Notes: generated by a model not told the origin, from the letters alone. A stretch of 62,931 nucleotides of DNA, filler included, from Rhabdomonas costata (GCA_019059605.1; 25 parts of 25 records of this genome joined end to end with filler, not necessarily neighbours in it); one strand, 5' to 3'; shown: positions 1 through 14,880, numbered from the whole stretch's first letter. Program-made: numbers and translations.

Positions 1-859
1 GGTTGGACATTTCTGGTCCCCCCCCGCCCGCATGCCCCAGCAGAATTGATGAGCATGAGAAAGCTCCCTTTCCTGTTGCTGTTATGATGGCAGGTTGCTC
101 GCGAGTTTGAACTGGAGTCTTTCTCGGTGACGGGCCAGCAGGACAATGTTAAATTAAGGCACTCTTCGTGTTGGGTTCGGTTGCTTCCGAGTGATTGGGG
201 TGCGACCAGAAATGTTCAACCCAACCACAGAACCACAGGGGGTATGGTGAGTCCCCACTGCTCCATTCGGTACCGCGCTGCATATCATCAGTTGGGCTTT
301 CTGTGATGTGTAGGAGTCGCATTCGCCCTGAAAGGCATCCCTGAATGCAAATCCAAATACAACAAATTTATCGGCCAGCATGTCTCAAAGCATTAGTTTT
401 GGTCAAGGGAGTAAGTTATCTGAAGGCGCTCCGCTTACGCGCGGTTTTTGAACTTGATTACTCTCCATCCCCTGTGAGACCTGGAACCTCAACTGAAGCT
501 GTTGGCATTTACACAACAACATGCTGCGAGAGATGACCCCGCCCAACCCTCGGAATCTCTCTCTCTCGAGATGCTACAAAGTTTGTGTTGAACCTTCACC
601 TCATTTATCTTTAAACCCCACTATCCCAAATTGCTTTACATCGAAAACCGCTACATTCATTTTCTTGCGCTTACTGGTTGTTTCCAGTCATATTGCGTAT
701 TCACGGGCGTCTTTTTAGCAGTTGTTAACAGTCGCAAAGCAAAAGGAATTGCAAAAAAGTCAACATCCGGTGGCTTGTCTCTAATCTCGTTTTCTCGGTT
801 TTCTTCGGCAGGTTATTGTGGGTTTTGTCTCCCTTTGGGTCAAGAAAGCAGCACGAGAA

Positions 860-1832
860 ATGTCGAAAGTAGTTCGCGTTGCAATCGTGCAGACCAGCTG
901 GCCGGGCAACCGCGAATCCATAAAGAAGACCTACCGTGAGCTCGCCGCCACGGCGGCCTCGGGAAATGCCGAGGTATCACCCCACCGCCGCTGTGAATCT
1001 CCCCAGGGGTGTGCTATGGAGAAGAAGAGATGGAGTAAAAGGGCGGTTTGATGTTTGGCATCTCGATCAGGTGCTGCAGGGGCGGCTTGGCCGACTTGAA
1101 GATCTTCAAAATGTCGGCGTAGGTTTGGGTTTCCGCCAAAATGGCGCTGTATTCGCCCACCGTGCATTTTCTGCATCTGTGCCCGTGTACGTATGACCGT
1201 GTGGGGCACTTCATTTAGGTTATATTTCATGCCCAGGATACGAAACGTGTTAGTCTTTCATATGTGCTTATGGCCTCTCGTCAGGGTCACTCCTGTAGGG
1301 ATCACAGTTTCCGGTGACCTGCGTGAGCAAAGCTCTCATTAGTCCGTGTTTTGGTGAACCTCGAAATCGCTTCGCTGCTGGGCCCAGCCTGGGATCCACG
1401 CTTAGGAAATGCCAGCCTCGGAAAGGAGGAGGGATTTTTCTCAGATCCTTTGCTTGCAAGAGCTGAGCATCAGCCCGTACTTCTGCAGCAAGCCCCCCAA
1501 GGGCGCGAAGGTTTCCGCCCTGGCGCACGCTACGGCGTCGGCCGGGGGGCGCTTCGAGGATGGCTTTGACAACGAGTGGGCCGAGCCCTTGGACGGAGAG
1601 TCCACCACCTTCTTCAAGGAGCTGACCACCAACAACAAGCTCTGGGTCGTGGGAAGCTTCTATTGGAAGGACCCTTCCAAGCCCAAGGGAATGTTCAACT
1701 GCTCCACGATCCACAACCCCAAGGGCGAGCTAACGGGGTGGACGCACAAGGTGCACATCCCCAGCGGGCCATGCTACGAGGAGGATTACTACTTTGTTGG
1801 GGGCAAGGACGTGAAGGTCTTCGACGTCGCCG
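860..1832 (+). CDS. Carbon-nitrogen hydrolase (nitrilase superfamily), N-carbamoylputrescine amidase / beta-ureidopropionase-like; 3' partial
   Basis: Exon 860-973 (MSKVVRVAIVQ...NAE|gt) and exon 1445-1832 (ag|ILCLQEL..PYFC..WAEPLDG..HKVHIPSGPCYEEDYYF..VKVFDVA|gt) join in frame. Catalytic Glu (LQEL) and Lys (HKVHIP) are present; the catalytic Cys exon was not found in this contig. Confidence 0.9.
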
Positions 1833-2423
1833 GTAATACTGATGCTCGTTTTCCCCTCTGTCACCGGTGTTTTCAGCCGTATACATGTTATTTTTATCGT
1901 CCTTAGCAACCGTTTTTCCTTTTTTTTTTGAGCGCCCTGGCTAAAAAATACAACATAAAAACGGAGTCGTTGCAGTCCTCCTTCCTGATGACGTTTGCTA
2001 TCTTCCGAGAAAGGGAGCACGTTTTCTGCATTTTCCAAAACGTAGAAAACACCTAATGTGGAGCTGATAGTTTTTCCATTGTTTTTTGTATCGTAGACAG
2101 TGGGGCCATGCTGGGCGGATATGGCTGTTGCTCACAGTGCGAGGTGCGTGGAGGGTCTCCTCCGCAGCTGACCTGCAAACAACGTCGATGTGAGCCGATG
2201 TGGCCAAAAATTGGCCCCCACAGCAGCCCCCTGATACACTCCTGTCAAACGAAAGACCCAATGCAAGTCACCACAAAAGGCGAAGAACGTTTTGGTTGGT
2301 TGCACCATTGCGTGAGTTCCGCGGAAGGACACCAGATGGGCGGTCTCTCGAAGCCCGGTGTGGGGCGCTGCAGCCACCTGCAGGAAGACCCGCTAATAAA
2401 CAAGCTCCTGCCTTGTGGCGGAG

Positions 2424-2523
2424 NNNNNNNNNNNNNNNNNNNNNNNNNNNNNNNNNNNNNNNNNNNNTTAATTAATTAANNNNNNNNNNNNNNNNNNNNN
2501 NNNNNNNNNNNNNNNNNNNNNNN
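2424..2523. other. Artificial contig linker N44-TTAATTAATTAA-N44 (first of 24, recurring about every 2.52 kb)
   Basis: An identical palindromic all-frame-stop 12-mer flanked by N runs recurs at regular spacing. Contigs are of near-identical length, as in a size-sorted concatenation. Confidence 0.99.
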
Positions 2524-2673
2524 GGGGGGTTGTGTTCGCGAAACAGGCTAAACCCTGTTGATCGGTGCGGTGTTCACGGCTGACGGGGCTGAAAGATAGA
2601 GTGCCGGAATGCTGCCAGATCCAATCGCAACGTAAAGTCCTTTTTTTTCGCTCTTAGGATTGCTTCCCCTTCC

Positions 2674-3594
2674 ATGAGATCCAGCAAACAGCAAGCAGGA
2701 TTGGTGCGATGGTCAGGAACCTTTTGCGGGCTCCTTTTGTTCTACATGGCCTGGAGTAAGTGGTTCGCAACTGGAATCGCGACGGGGAGGCCCCTGACAT
2801 CTCAAATTTCAACTCCAGAAGCACCGTCTCAGCAGATATTGGGCAGCCCTCTGTCGACTGATTTGCCCACACCAGTCCTGAAGAAGACTGCTTCTCACCA
2901 TCGCCCCGTGGAAGTGTGGTTTGTTCGACCTGGGGAATCCCGCCATAACCTTATTCCGCGTGCGCATTGCGAAATTGCGGAATTAACGATTCGAGACCCC
3001 TCCCTCACAGAAAACGGGAAGGCCCAAGTAAGGCGGCTGGGCACCAACATGCTCGGCTCAAAAATACCCATGCCTGGTCTTTTGATTTCCTCGCCCCTTC
3101 TCCGGGCGGTTCAGACGACGTTTGGGGTATACTCCGCGGATCTTCTCCTGCAGCATAGCCTTCAGGTACGTCTGGAGCCTATGCTGCAAGAGGTGAATGC
3201 AAATTCGTGCGACACGGGCCGGGAAGCGGCAGAGCTGACGCAAGATGTGAGCCCGGGGGAGCGGGCGGTACTGGATACGACGAGGTTGACTTCGTCGTGG
3301 TTCGTGAAGGCCTACACAGAGACCGATTTGGGTGCAAAGGAGGCGCATCTTGCTCGTCGCGATACTGAGTTTCTGGAAAAGCTTCGTCAGGAGTTGCTTG
3401 CCAACCGAAGCGTGGGGCGTGTCATGATTGTAGCCCACTATGGCACTCTCCTTCGCCTCACGGGCATGGGATTCGACAAGGCGGAAGCGCGAGAGTTTCT
3501 TTGGGAGGTTGGCTCAGCTGGAAAGTTTCTGCCCAGTGGCCGGTCAGTGGGTCAAAACAGTGTTGCGGCGGAGCCCTCTGATGTACAGCGTTGA
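2674..3594 (+). CDS. Histidine phosphatase / phosphoglycerate mutase family protein with N-terminal membrane anchor; RHG motif reads RPG
   Basis: Intronless 306-aa ORF with motifs WFVRPGESRHN, DPSLTENGKAQ, ISSPLLRAVQT, LQE..CDTG and MIVAHYGTL, and a hydrophobic segment near the N-terminus. Confidence 0.85.
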   Translation: MRSSKQQAGLVRWSGTFCGLLLFYMAWSKWFATGIATGRPLTSQISTPEAPSQQILGSPLSTDLPTPVLKKTASHHRPVEVWFVRPGESRHNLIPRAHCEIAELTIRDPSLTENGKAQVRRLGTNMLGSKIPMPGLLISSPLLRAVQTTFGVYSADLLLQHSLQVRLEPMLQEVNANSCDTGREAAELTQDVSPGERAVLDTTRLTSSWFVKAYTETDLGAKEAHLARRDTEFLEKLRQELLANRSVGRVMIVAHYGTLLRLTGMGFDKAEAREFLWEVGSAGKFLPSGRSVGQNSVAAEPSDVQR

Positions 3595-5489
3595 CCTCTC
3601 GTCGGTGTTTACTAACAGTTGTACAACCAAAAGAACAGTTGAGAAGTATTGCCGAAGACGTTTTTTTGGCTTTCCGGCTTCGCGTCACAGGCAATGGTGT
3701 TGGTGATATTTGGCCGCGTGCTGTGGTTTTGTGTATGCGTTTTGAAGTTCGTGGTTTGCGGAAACCGCAGTTTGTAATAATTGAAATATTTTGCCCAGTA
3801 GATGTTTTGGGACTGTGGGGAAGATCTTGCTTCGAAATAGGTTAGCATATTTCAATGTCTTGAAGTTGTTGAACTGTGTGCTTCCCGTTTTCTTGGGGGG
3901 GGGGAGGTACTGTGTTTTGTTTTGTGCAACTCTTGCTTGTTAGAATGGTAACTTTTGGAGAATCACATCTATGTAAGTTTGCCGTGGAACGATCATTCAC
4001 TCTGATTCTAACTAGTCAAATAAAGTGTCCGCCGAGTTAGTTTCTGAAAATCTGCTGGAAGCGCTGTGTTTGATCGTTAGAGGACACTGTGCAAGGCAGA
4101 AAACCGAACTACCTTTCTTTCAACGTGACATTCCTGCGTGTTCACTCTGCAGGTTTTGCTGTTTTTCTGCTTTTTCTTGGTTGGTGTGAAATCCGTCTAA
4201 GAAAAAGGAAACCTGTCTCTCAACGAACCATTAGGAAGAATCTGTGATGATGAGGTTTTCTTCCTCTTCAGCTTATTTCGTATAGGATCCGTCAGCTTGT
4301 AGTTTTGTTGTGTTAGTGTAATAGTGCGTAATGGCTCCTTCTGTCATGGGTTTTCGACCGGGGAAGGCAGTCCCACGCCTTTCCCACCACCGTGTTTCCA
4401 AATGTTTCGCGCCGCCTTTGCTGTCTTAGCTGTGGAGGAGTCAGGTTATGTTCTTCCTGCAGAGTTGAGTTTTTACCCTTTCTTTCTGCTTTTTGTTTGG
4501 AAAAAATGGCTACCGCACCGCTTAGTCCATCCCTGGGAGGTGACATCAGTGCAATCTCTGCGGGGTCCCCTTGGTCGCTCTCCCTGCCCGTCTCTCCATC
4601 GGCGCGAACTAAGAGGCCCTCACTTGTTTCGTCAACGGTCGCCCTCTACCTCCCTCCCCTCCCATCCACCTCCCGTTGTTGTTTTGTGTTCTGTGAGTGC
4701 CACAGCCAGGGTTGTTGTCGAAGGTCTATTCACTTCTTCCCCTGGGCGGAATCTGGCAAGCGGTGGCATCCTGTTTCGCAAGTCTTGAGGAAGAAGGAGG
4801 GCTCTGTGGGGCTGTGAAAGGCTAGACTGGGCCACTTGAGGGACCCCTGTATATGCCTTTTTGTGCTCTATTGGCATAATGTGATTTAGCAGAACATAGG
4901 GTGGCGTGAGGAAAATAGGCGCGCGTTACTATATAACCCCACACCCNNNNNNNNNNNNNNNNNNNNNNNNNNNNNNNNNNNNNNNNNNNNTTAATTAATT
5001 AANNNNNNNNNNNNNNNNNNNNNNNNNNNNNNNNNNNNNNNNNNNNTTTGGGGAGTGCCCCACGGAGATGCAGGACAGGAACAAGTGGTAGCCCCTCCAC
5101 ACGCACACGAACACGCACACCCGCGCTTTTTTGTTTCGTCTTTCACTACATCCGCTGGACCCTTCTTGTCACTGGCAGCTTTCCTTCGTCCTCCCCAAGG
5201 GTGCTAGCTGCCATCTCTTGCACTGCCCCCTCATCTCACAAATGTCGACTCTGCCTCGAACGCGCTGATGGCAGTGGTCAGGGTTTTAAAAGTTCGCTGC
5301 GAATTTACGCTTGAGGTGGCCTTTTGTCAGGGATGGCGCATATGGATTCCTTGCTTGCTTCGAAGTTTGCAGGCTCAAAGCCATAGAGCTGTGAAAACCC
5401 AAAAGGCGCCACAAGCCACAGTGCCTCTGACTGCCTCTGCAGCGATCCCGGCTGTGATTTTGCGAGAATCCGTGTGTGGGATCGCGCAG

Positions 5490-6820
5490 GTATGTCCCGG
5501 GCAGCCAGCAGCGCGTGTCGCGGCGGGCTGTGCTAAGCTGGGATGTTGTGGTGTTCGAGGTGGTTCCCGGGGTGTTCATGCTGCCGCTGCCCCTTGCCTT
5601 GCAGCTCATGGCGAAAGTGAACGCCTTGCGCAACGTATCTCCGAAATTCGCGCAACGCGCTTTCTCTGCGCAAGAGAAGGACGGAAACCGACGCTTCTCT
5701 GTGCCCACAGTGAGCCTTTGTGTTCGCCTCGCTCGTCTCGCACTCAGCCAAACAAGCGTTTGTTTCGAGTTAGGAGTTTGCCGTGGTCGGTTCCTTCATC
5801 CGCGCTGACGTGCATACCCCTTTCGCAATACCTGTGAATTGTTAGCTGTGAATTGCTTGAAACTCATAATGTCATCATGACTCCACTCAAAACGCATTCT
5901 CAAGTTCCGGATGCTCGGTATTTTTATTTCCATCCTCCGTCGCTCATACGGCGGGCATCCATCACTGCAGGCCAAGGCCGCTACCACCGCGTCTCCCTCC
6001 GTGGCTGGTGCACCCCCTGAAGCTCTGCCTGGACCTCGCTCTGCCACTTCCGCGGCCACTCTGCTCACCACCACTGCCCCTGCCAGTCCGGGGGTCCAGC
6101 CCTCATCCTCATGCGCACAAGGTGCACCCACCACCACTGCCCAACCACCGCCATCCCCGCCCTTCTCGAAGCTGAGGGACCACCAGGGTCCGCAGGACCA
6201 GCGCGCTATCCGCTCGCGCAAACGCAAACGCAAACGCGCACTCGCGCACACTCAGGTTTTGGACCAAGCATGCTCACACGTGGTTTAGCCCAATCTTTGG
6301 CACTTGCGTGTGTGAGGGTGGCGCTTTGTTTTCTGCACAGTGAGGGGGCTCACGCATCACGCAGTAGTTACAGAGTAACTTGACAGCACCAGATGGGCTG
6401 TCATGCTCATGCCCCTGTGTTTCAGGGGCGGTCGCCTGTAACCCCCGAAGCAACGCAGAGGTTGCAAGATCCTCCCCGATATATTGTGGGAGTGATTGAT
6501 AGCGGAGTGATTTGTTCGTTCGCAGTTGAAGAGGAATCAATTAATTTACCACTGCATACCTCCCTTTTAGGACCATTTTTTCTGCCTCAGAGGGAAAGAG
6601 AGAAAGTATCTTGTCTGCGAAGGCTGCCCTTTAATGCCTGCTGCTTCTTTCGCAGAGGTGTCCTCTGAGGGCCCGCGACCCCCTAGCGCGGCTCGCCAAC
6701 TGTCCTCGCGGTCCGAGAGCGCGCTTTCTACCGGGTCGGTGCCCCGCAGTGCTCCACAGGCACCCTCCTCGGCCAGCAGGCTTGCCTCCCAGGCCAGCGT
6801 GCTGTACGGGGTCGTCCCAG
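5490..6820 (+). CDS. Putative exons of an unknown Ser/Pro/Ala-rich protein
   Basis: GC-rich open blocks bounded by AG/GT at about 5490-5634, 5971-6255 (contains RSRKRKRKR, NLS-like) and 6656-6821. No family recognised; phases not fully reconciled. Confidence 0.3.
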
Positions 6821-7735
6821 GTTGCAGACCCTACCCCAAATCCCTTCTGCCATTTTGTAAGCATTGCGTTTTCCTGCAGTTTTTTTTCCTTGTTTTTTAT
6901 CCGTCAACTTGTGGGACCGTTAAGTTATTCAGCATGTCCTCGCACCCGATGCCGCCCGGTTTGTTCTTTTATGGTGCGGTTCTCGTTTGCACTTCTTCGA
7001 AGCTTCCCGTTTACTAGCCTCCGATATGAGCGCCGACCACCCCGCCGCGCGTTCCCTGTGAGTCGTAACAGCTGTATTTGTTTTGCTTGCCTTTGTTCTG
7101 CCCGGTTCCTCCATTCCAGTTTGCTCTCGCTGTGTACCCATAGGTTTATGGATATTCCTTTTGCTGCCTGAGCGTGTGCGCTTGTTTACGTGTGAACGGC
7201 TTTGCTTGGGTACGATTGAACACCCAAGCAGTCATTTCCTCTTATCGCCATTACATTAGTAAATGGTTGTCCAAACCAAAGAGAATTGCAGAGCTTCTAT
7301 CCTCCAGTACTGCTGTTCGCCACGAAACCAATGTTACTGTTTCCACAACGAGGAGGGCAAAGGTTAACCGCTAAGCCCTTAGCGGTACCGCAAAGAAAAT
7401 CTTCCCCTTCCATAGGTGACCAGCCTGCTGCTTTGGCAGCCAACCCCGCGGCCTACCCCCCACCACCCNNNNNNNNNNNNNNNNNNNNNNNNNNNNNNNN
7501 NNNNNNNNNNNNTTAATTAATTAANNNNNNNNNNNNNNNNNNNNNNNNNNNNNNNNNNNNNNNNNNNNTGTGTTGGTGGATATGCGAAAGAAGATGTATC
7601 CATTTCCACCATTTTCACCATTTCGACGAGTGTGTTACGGTTAGGCGCATAAATTCTACGTAAGATGTACCTTTAAATGGCTTATGATTGCACTTGACTT
7701 TATCCCCTCCTCTCTCTTGTTATATCTGCGTTCAG

Positions 7736-8649
7736 GTGGGCAGATTTGTCCTACGCTCTTCATAATTATTGGTTTCGCCGCGGTGGCTGTGCTTCATTAC
7801 GATGTTTTGGAGGACATCGATCTTGTCGGGGTCGTGGCCAGTCTGGGTGCCACCACAGTAATGCTTTTCGCCGCAGTGTCTTCCCCGCTGGCCCAACCTC
7901 GCAATGTGATAGCGGGGCACGTCGTCTCCGCGGTGATCGGGATCAGTGTGCGGAAGCTCTCCAACTTTGTCTTTGGAGATCCTCTGCCGATGAAGTGGCC
8001 CTTCGGGACTTTGGCGATCACATTGTCCGTTTTTGTGATGATGTGCACCAACACGGTGCACCCTCCAGGTAGATGCGCATCCTAATTGGTTGTTTGCGGT
8101 GTGGTTGTGTCGGCACCTCCGAGGCTATTGCCGAGACCGTGTTGCACTGTGTGCTTGGCTTCCGCATTTTCCTGTAGTATGTATGACAACGAGCACAGCG
8201 CCGCCTGTGGCAGAAACCATTTATCGTCACCCGTACGGCAGTGCTGGCGTGCTTTTTCTGCGCTTTTTTTTGTGGTGGATGGTGGTGGATGTGGGATGTG
8301 ATTTTTTTTCGTTTTCAGTTTTTCTCTTTTGGGGGGGCGAAGGGACGTCGGTTTCTGTCATTTTTCTGTTTCGTGGGTTCCAGCGTGATACTTTGAGAGG
8401 TTTAATTGGTCGGCTCTCTGACATCATAAATTGGCCTTTGACATCGAATCCCAGACTGTTATTTGTTGTTCTGTACACCCAGGAGGTGCCACCGCCCTCA
8501 TCGCAGTGCTTGGGGGAGCGAAAGTACAGAGGTTGGGATATCTGTTTGTGGTGACGCCCGTTCTTACTGCACTATTGACTATGCTGGCACTTGCGGTGGT
8601 GCTGAACAACCTTGTTGAAGGGCGGCAGTACCCCGAGTTCTGGTGGTGA
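7736..8649 (+). CDS. HPP family integral membrane protein (putative nitrite transporter-like); 5' partial
   Basis: Exons 7736-8068 and 8483-8649 splice to give ASLGATTVMLFA..SPLAQPRNVIAGH..NTVHPPG|GATALIAV..NNL..RQYPEFWW*, the HPP family signature. Confidence 0.93.
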
Positions 8650-10261
8650 GCCCTTCCATGTTCTTGTTTTGAGCTTATTCTTTCCGTGGTGCGCTTTCTG
8701 GTGCTCGACTTTGAACACACGCTGTCTTTGCTGTGTTCTGTCCCCTATCAGATGCGTGTGCTTGTGTTATGTATATTTTTACTGCCGTTGTTTGTCTTTG
8801 CGAATACGGAGGAGTGTGCTTCGGGTTTAACATGTCTCGAAGCTTGTGGAAACGCTGACAAGCTGGTTAGTCCGAACTAGCAAGGGAAGTCTTGGGCTGT
8901 AAAATTCCTATGCATTCTCTTTGAGCGGCCAGAAAGTTTTGGGCTTGGGAGCAGCACCAGATTTTGCCCCCTCCCAATTGTTATTTTTGGACACGTTGCT
9001 GTGTACACACATTGCCGCGTTGCCTGCCAATTCCCCAGTCCGCTGGACCTGCTCACCCTGTGTGTATGCGTTTTTCGGGTGGAGGCAAAGCCGACGCTCT
9101 GCCCTTTTCGCGTGCACTTTGCCCTGCTGCGTGATACTGATCATCAGGAGACTTTCTTTTCTCCGATGTTGGTGAGATAACCTCGACTCTCAACCGCAAC
9201 AGCGTTTCGGTGCAACGATTCGCCTTTCTGGGTGTTCACTGGGAATTTTTGCACATCGTGTAAAGGAAAGTGAGACGCCTGTCCTCGTTTGTGGTCTTAG
9301 TTCCAATTCTACATTGGAATTGGTAAATATGGTCTTGTGCGTTTTGTGTCTATGATGCTCATGAAGCGCACGGGGTGTGCTCCAAATTGGAAGCCCGTGT
9401 ACGTGGGCGTCGTTTGTGTGCAGTGTGATGTTTGGATTGTCGCCCCTGACTTTGCCTGTCATTGCCACAGATGCCTGAACCCTGCACTTAGCTATGTTTT
9501 GCGCGACACGTCGCATGAGATGGATGTACTTCCAACACGTCGCATTGCAGCCACCTCGGCAATCATAGAAAGACACCCCCACATCCGTGAAACTTTTCGC
9601 AGATTTCTGCCTATCGAGTGTTCTGTTTTCTTTTTCTTCGAGGCTGAGGCGATTTTTTTTAGCTTTCGGTTTTGAGGGCGGTTTGTTTCTCTTTGTGCAG
9701 GTTTGTTGTTGTTCTGTCCCTGTTAATTTCAAGTTTGGCACTTTTCCGATATGAAGTGAACAGCTGTGATCTGCGATGGATACAGGTTTATCTGGCAAGT
9801 TTGCTCTTTTAGCGCTCTTTGACCAGGCCGGAGGGCGAGGGTTACCGTGGTAAGGTAATCGGAATGAGGTCATGGCTTTTGAATTTGTGCGCCCCACCAC
9901 CCCGTCCATACAATCTTGGCCCCCACGAACATGAACGGGCTGCGTTACACGAGCCCCTATGTAAGGTTAGGTATAACGTGTCCCCCCAACCNNNNNNNNN
10001 NNNNNNNNNNNNNNNNNNNNNNNNNNNNNNNNNNNTTAATTAATTAANNNNNNNNNNNNNNNNNNNNNNNNNNNNNNNNNNNNNNNNNNNNTTTTTGTGC
10101 GCAGTGCAGATCGTGAACAGCGGAACAAAGAAAACACGAAAACTCCGGTTAGTACTGTCCCCCCATCAGCTCGCTTTGCACCTGCGTTCTCCATTTTCTG
10201 TCGTTTTTCCCGACCACCACGCATATAAAATAGACACACGCGCAGCAGGCACAGGGGAAAC

Positions 10262-12439
<2,178 letters not shown>

Positions 12440-12613
12440 CTGTGAGGGGTGGTCAATCCCTCACTTTCGTAAAAAAAAAAAAGAACCCAACCAAGAGAAG
12501 CATACCAAAAAAANNNNNNNNNNNNNNNNNNNNNNNNNNNNNNNNNNNNNNNNNNNNTTAATTAATTAANNNNNNNNNNNNNNNNNNNNNNNNNNNNNNN
12601 NNNNNNNNNNNNN

Positions 12614-13831
12614 GTGGGGTGTGGTGAGTACCCCCGTGATATTCAATGTAAACCAATAGTGCATGGTGTGTGTGCTTGGCGGGCACCTGCAGCTCCTGAT
12701 CCCGCACTTTTCAGTCCGAATGGCGGCCGATCCTGGCAGCATAAAGAGTCCCAAAAAGGCTGCCGTTCCTCCGTCTGACACGTAGAGCCGATACTGGGAT
12801 ATAATTTGCACCTGCTGCACGGGTGTCAAGCCACGGAAAGAGGTTAGGTTTCTCACAGAGGCAACAACTCCTGGTCGCGATTTGCTGAAATTCCTCACGC
12901 AGTGCACAACAACCTCTGGGTTAACAATGGTGCCACCCATGCTTCCTCTCCACCTCGGCTTCACGTACAGCAAGACCCGCACTTGCACAGGGAGCAACCT
13001 GCCTGAAAGTTTTGTGAATACAGTGCGCCAATTAAACAAGAGGCTCTTTTCTCGGCGCGGACTCTTCTGAACACCACTTCGAGCAAAAAGAGCAGAGCGA
13101 AACTTCTCCATTAACAAAGAGCCTCCTAAAACAGGAACATCCGCGAACAGGGCCGGTACTCCGGCAAAAACAGCCCTGAAACAGTACATTTCAGTGACGT
13201 TTGCATTACGTAGAACCGTAAATCGGTCGGCGGGGAAAACCGCAGCCAGCCAATCCCATATTGGGTCCACCGGAAAAGGATCCAAAAGAAAAAACCTGAC
13301 CCGCTTCAATGAATCCATTCCGAACTGCACAATCAAGGCATAGAATAAACTCCAAAACCCCTCCAGAAAATACTCTACAGGATTCCCATGCTTCCAGCGA
13401 CCAACAATCCAAGAAAGATCGTCAACTCGAATCACTCGTGAAACGTTCATGTATTCCGAAGCTTCCGTCAACCGAACCGAGAGTGAGCACCACGGCATTC
13501 GGTTGTAATGGGCAGGACAAGTTGACAGAGAAGCTGGTGGTTGACTTCCATTCCGGTTGTTTCCAAATAACAGTAGCTCACTTTTCGAAGAGCAAAGATT
13601 GCTTTTGGAACCCGCGCGGGAATTTCCACGGCGTCCCAAAGTACACCGAAGAGTTGGAGATCGAAGCATGCACAATTCAGAAAAGAAGCAATGCGCAGAC
13701 TGAGCAGGTCCATAATGATAATAGGCAGTTCCTCCAACGGAAGTGGTGCAGTTCCATCCCGTCGCTGAGGCGAAGGTGTCCAAACCCTTGCCCCAGTGCA
13801 CCTCCAGTATAAAAAGAAAAGCGAAAAGCAT
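12614..13831 (-). CDS. Glycosyltransferase family 61-like (DUF563) secretory protein; 3' partial
   Basis: Intronless ORF >400 aa with a hydrophobic N-terminus. Motifs GNPVEYFLEG, YCFRAVFAG, IVNPEVV and LTPVQQVQII..LYVSDGGTAAFLGLFMLPGSAAI resemble the GT61 C-terminal EQ...HGAG...LFM.PG pattern. Confidence 0.65.
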
Positions 13832-14074
13832 TCCAGCTGTTAGACAACAAAACGAAGAACACACAACTACCTAGTTCCATTTCATTTGTCACTATCAACC
13901 GTTCCATACAAGCACCAAGCAGGTTGGGTGCGTAGTAGGGATGTAGGAGGGCACCTGTGGTAGGAATGCCCACTCTTCACTCTCACCTCAGAAGCGGGTA
14001 TTTTATCATGTTGGCACGTTCTCACATTGGTCTTGGCATCAATGGGGGGGGGGGTTCTTGCAGATTGCATCACT

Positions 14075-14121
14075 CACACACACACACACACACACACACG
14101 CTCTCTCTCTCTCTCTCTCTC
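14075..14121 (+). repeat. Compound (CA)n(CT)n microsatellite
   Basis: Directly visible. Similar tracts at ~44339-44375, 50967-50999, 51733-51753 and 52990-53011. Confidence 0.95.
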
Positions 14122-14694
14122 GGTGGTGGCATGTGTAGAGGTAGGGTGGAGGCGTAAGGGAAGGTGGGTGCAGTGGCAGGAGGGATGGCAAGAGGCGTAC
14201 GTGGAGGGCGGAGGCATCGAGGTCACATTCCTTCCCACGTTGGCATCACGATGACCTTCACGTTGACATCTTGCGTACCGGTCGCTGCGCGCCCTCACAC
14301 ACCAACAGGAACAGTAGCGGTGGAATTCCTCACGTGGATAGGTTCAGGGTGTCAAGAATGCGTGGGTATGGTTGCGTGTATGGATTATGACCTCCAGTGG
14401 TTTCGTAAAATGCTGGATAGAGGCGCCAACCTGCAGCAGAGCATGCCCCGTGGTAATGCTAGGCAGGAATGGGCACAGTTGCAAAGAGATACCACATCGA
14501 ATCAGGACACAGAGGTCAAAATGGTTGTTGATTTTCACAAGGAAAGGGGTCGCGTTCAGGCGTTCAGGGAGGGAAAGGAGGAAAGTCGGGGCGGTGGGTG
14601 AGGATGAAGGAGATGAGGGAGTGTGGCTGGGACATGGCAGACCGCAGCAGCACACAGAAGACCTGGAAAGGGAAACAGCAAATAGGGTTGTACA

Positions 14695-14880
14695 AACCTC
14701 AAAGTTCAATGCGGACCAAAAAAGTTAAATTCAATCCAATGTCACCAAGTTCAATGTTCAATGTAATTCCCTGCGGGCAAGCAAGTCAAAAATCGACAAA
14801 GTTCAATTCAATTCCAGCCACAAGGTTTCAAAACCCTTAAAACCTCAAAGTTCAATGTGAGGCAGTTCAAAGTTCAATCC
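14695..14880 (+). repeat. Cluster of AAAGTTCAAT-type short repeats
   Basis: About 8 degenerate (A)AGTTCAAT/TTCAAT units, including a duplicated AAACCTCAAAGTTCAATG. Confidence 0.8.

Noticed and set aside
2468-2479. Regularly spaced TTAATTAATTAA as a biological repeat or CRISPR-like array
   Set aside because: Always embedded in N runs; it is a synthetic all-frame-stop linker.
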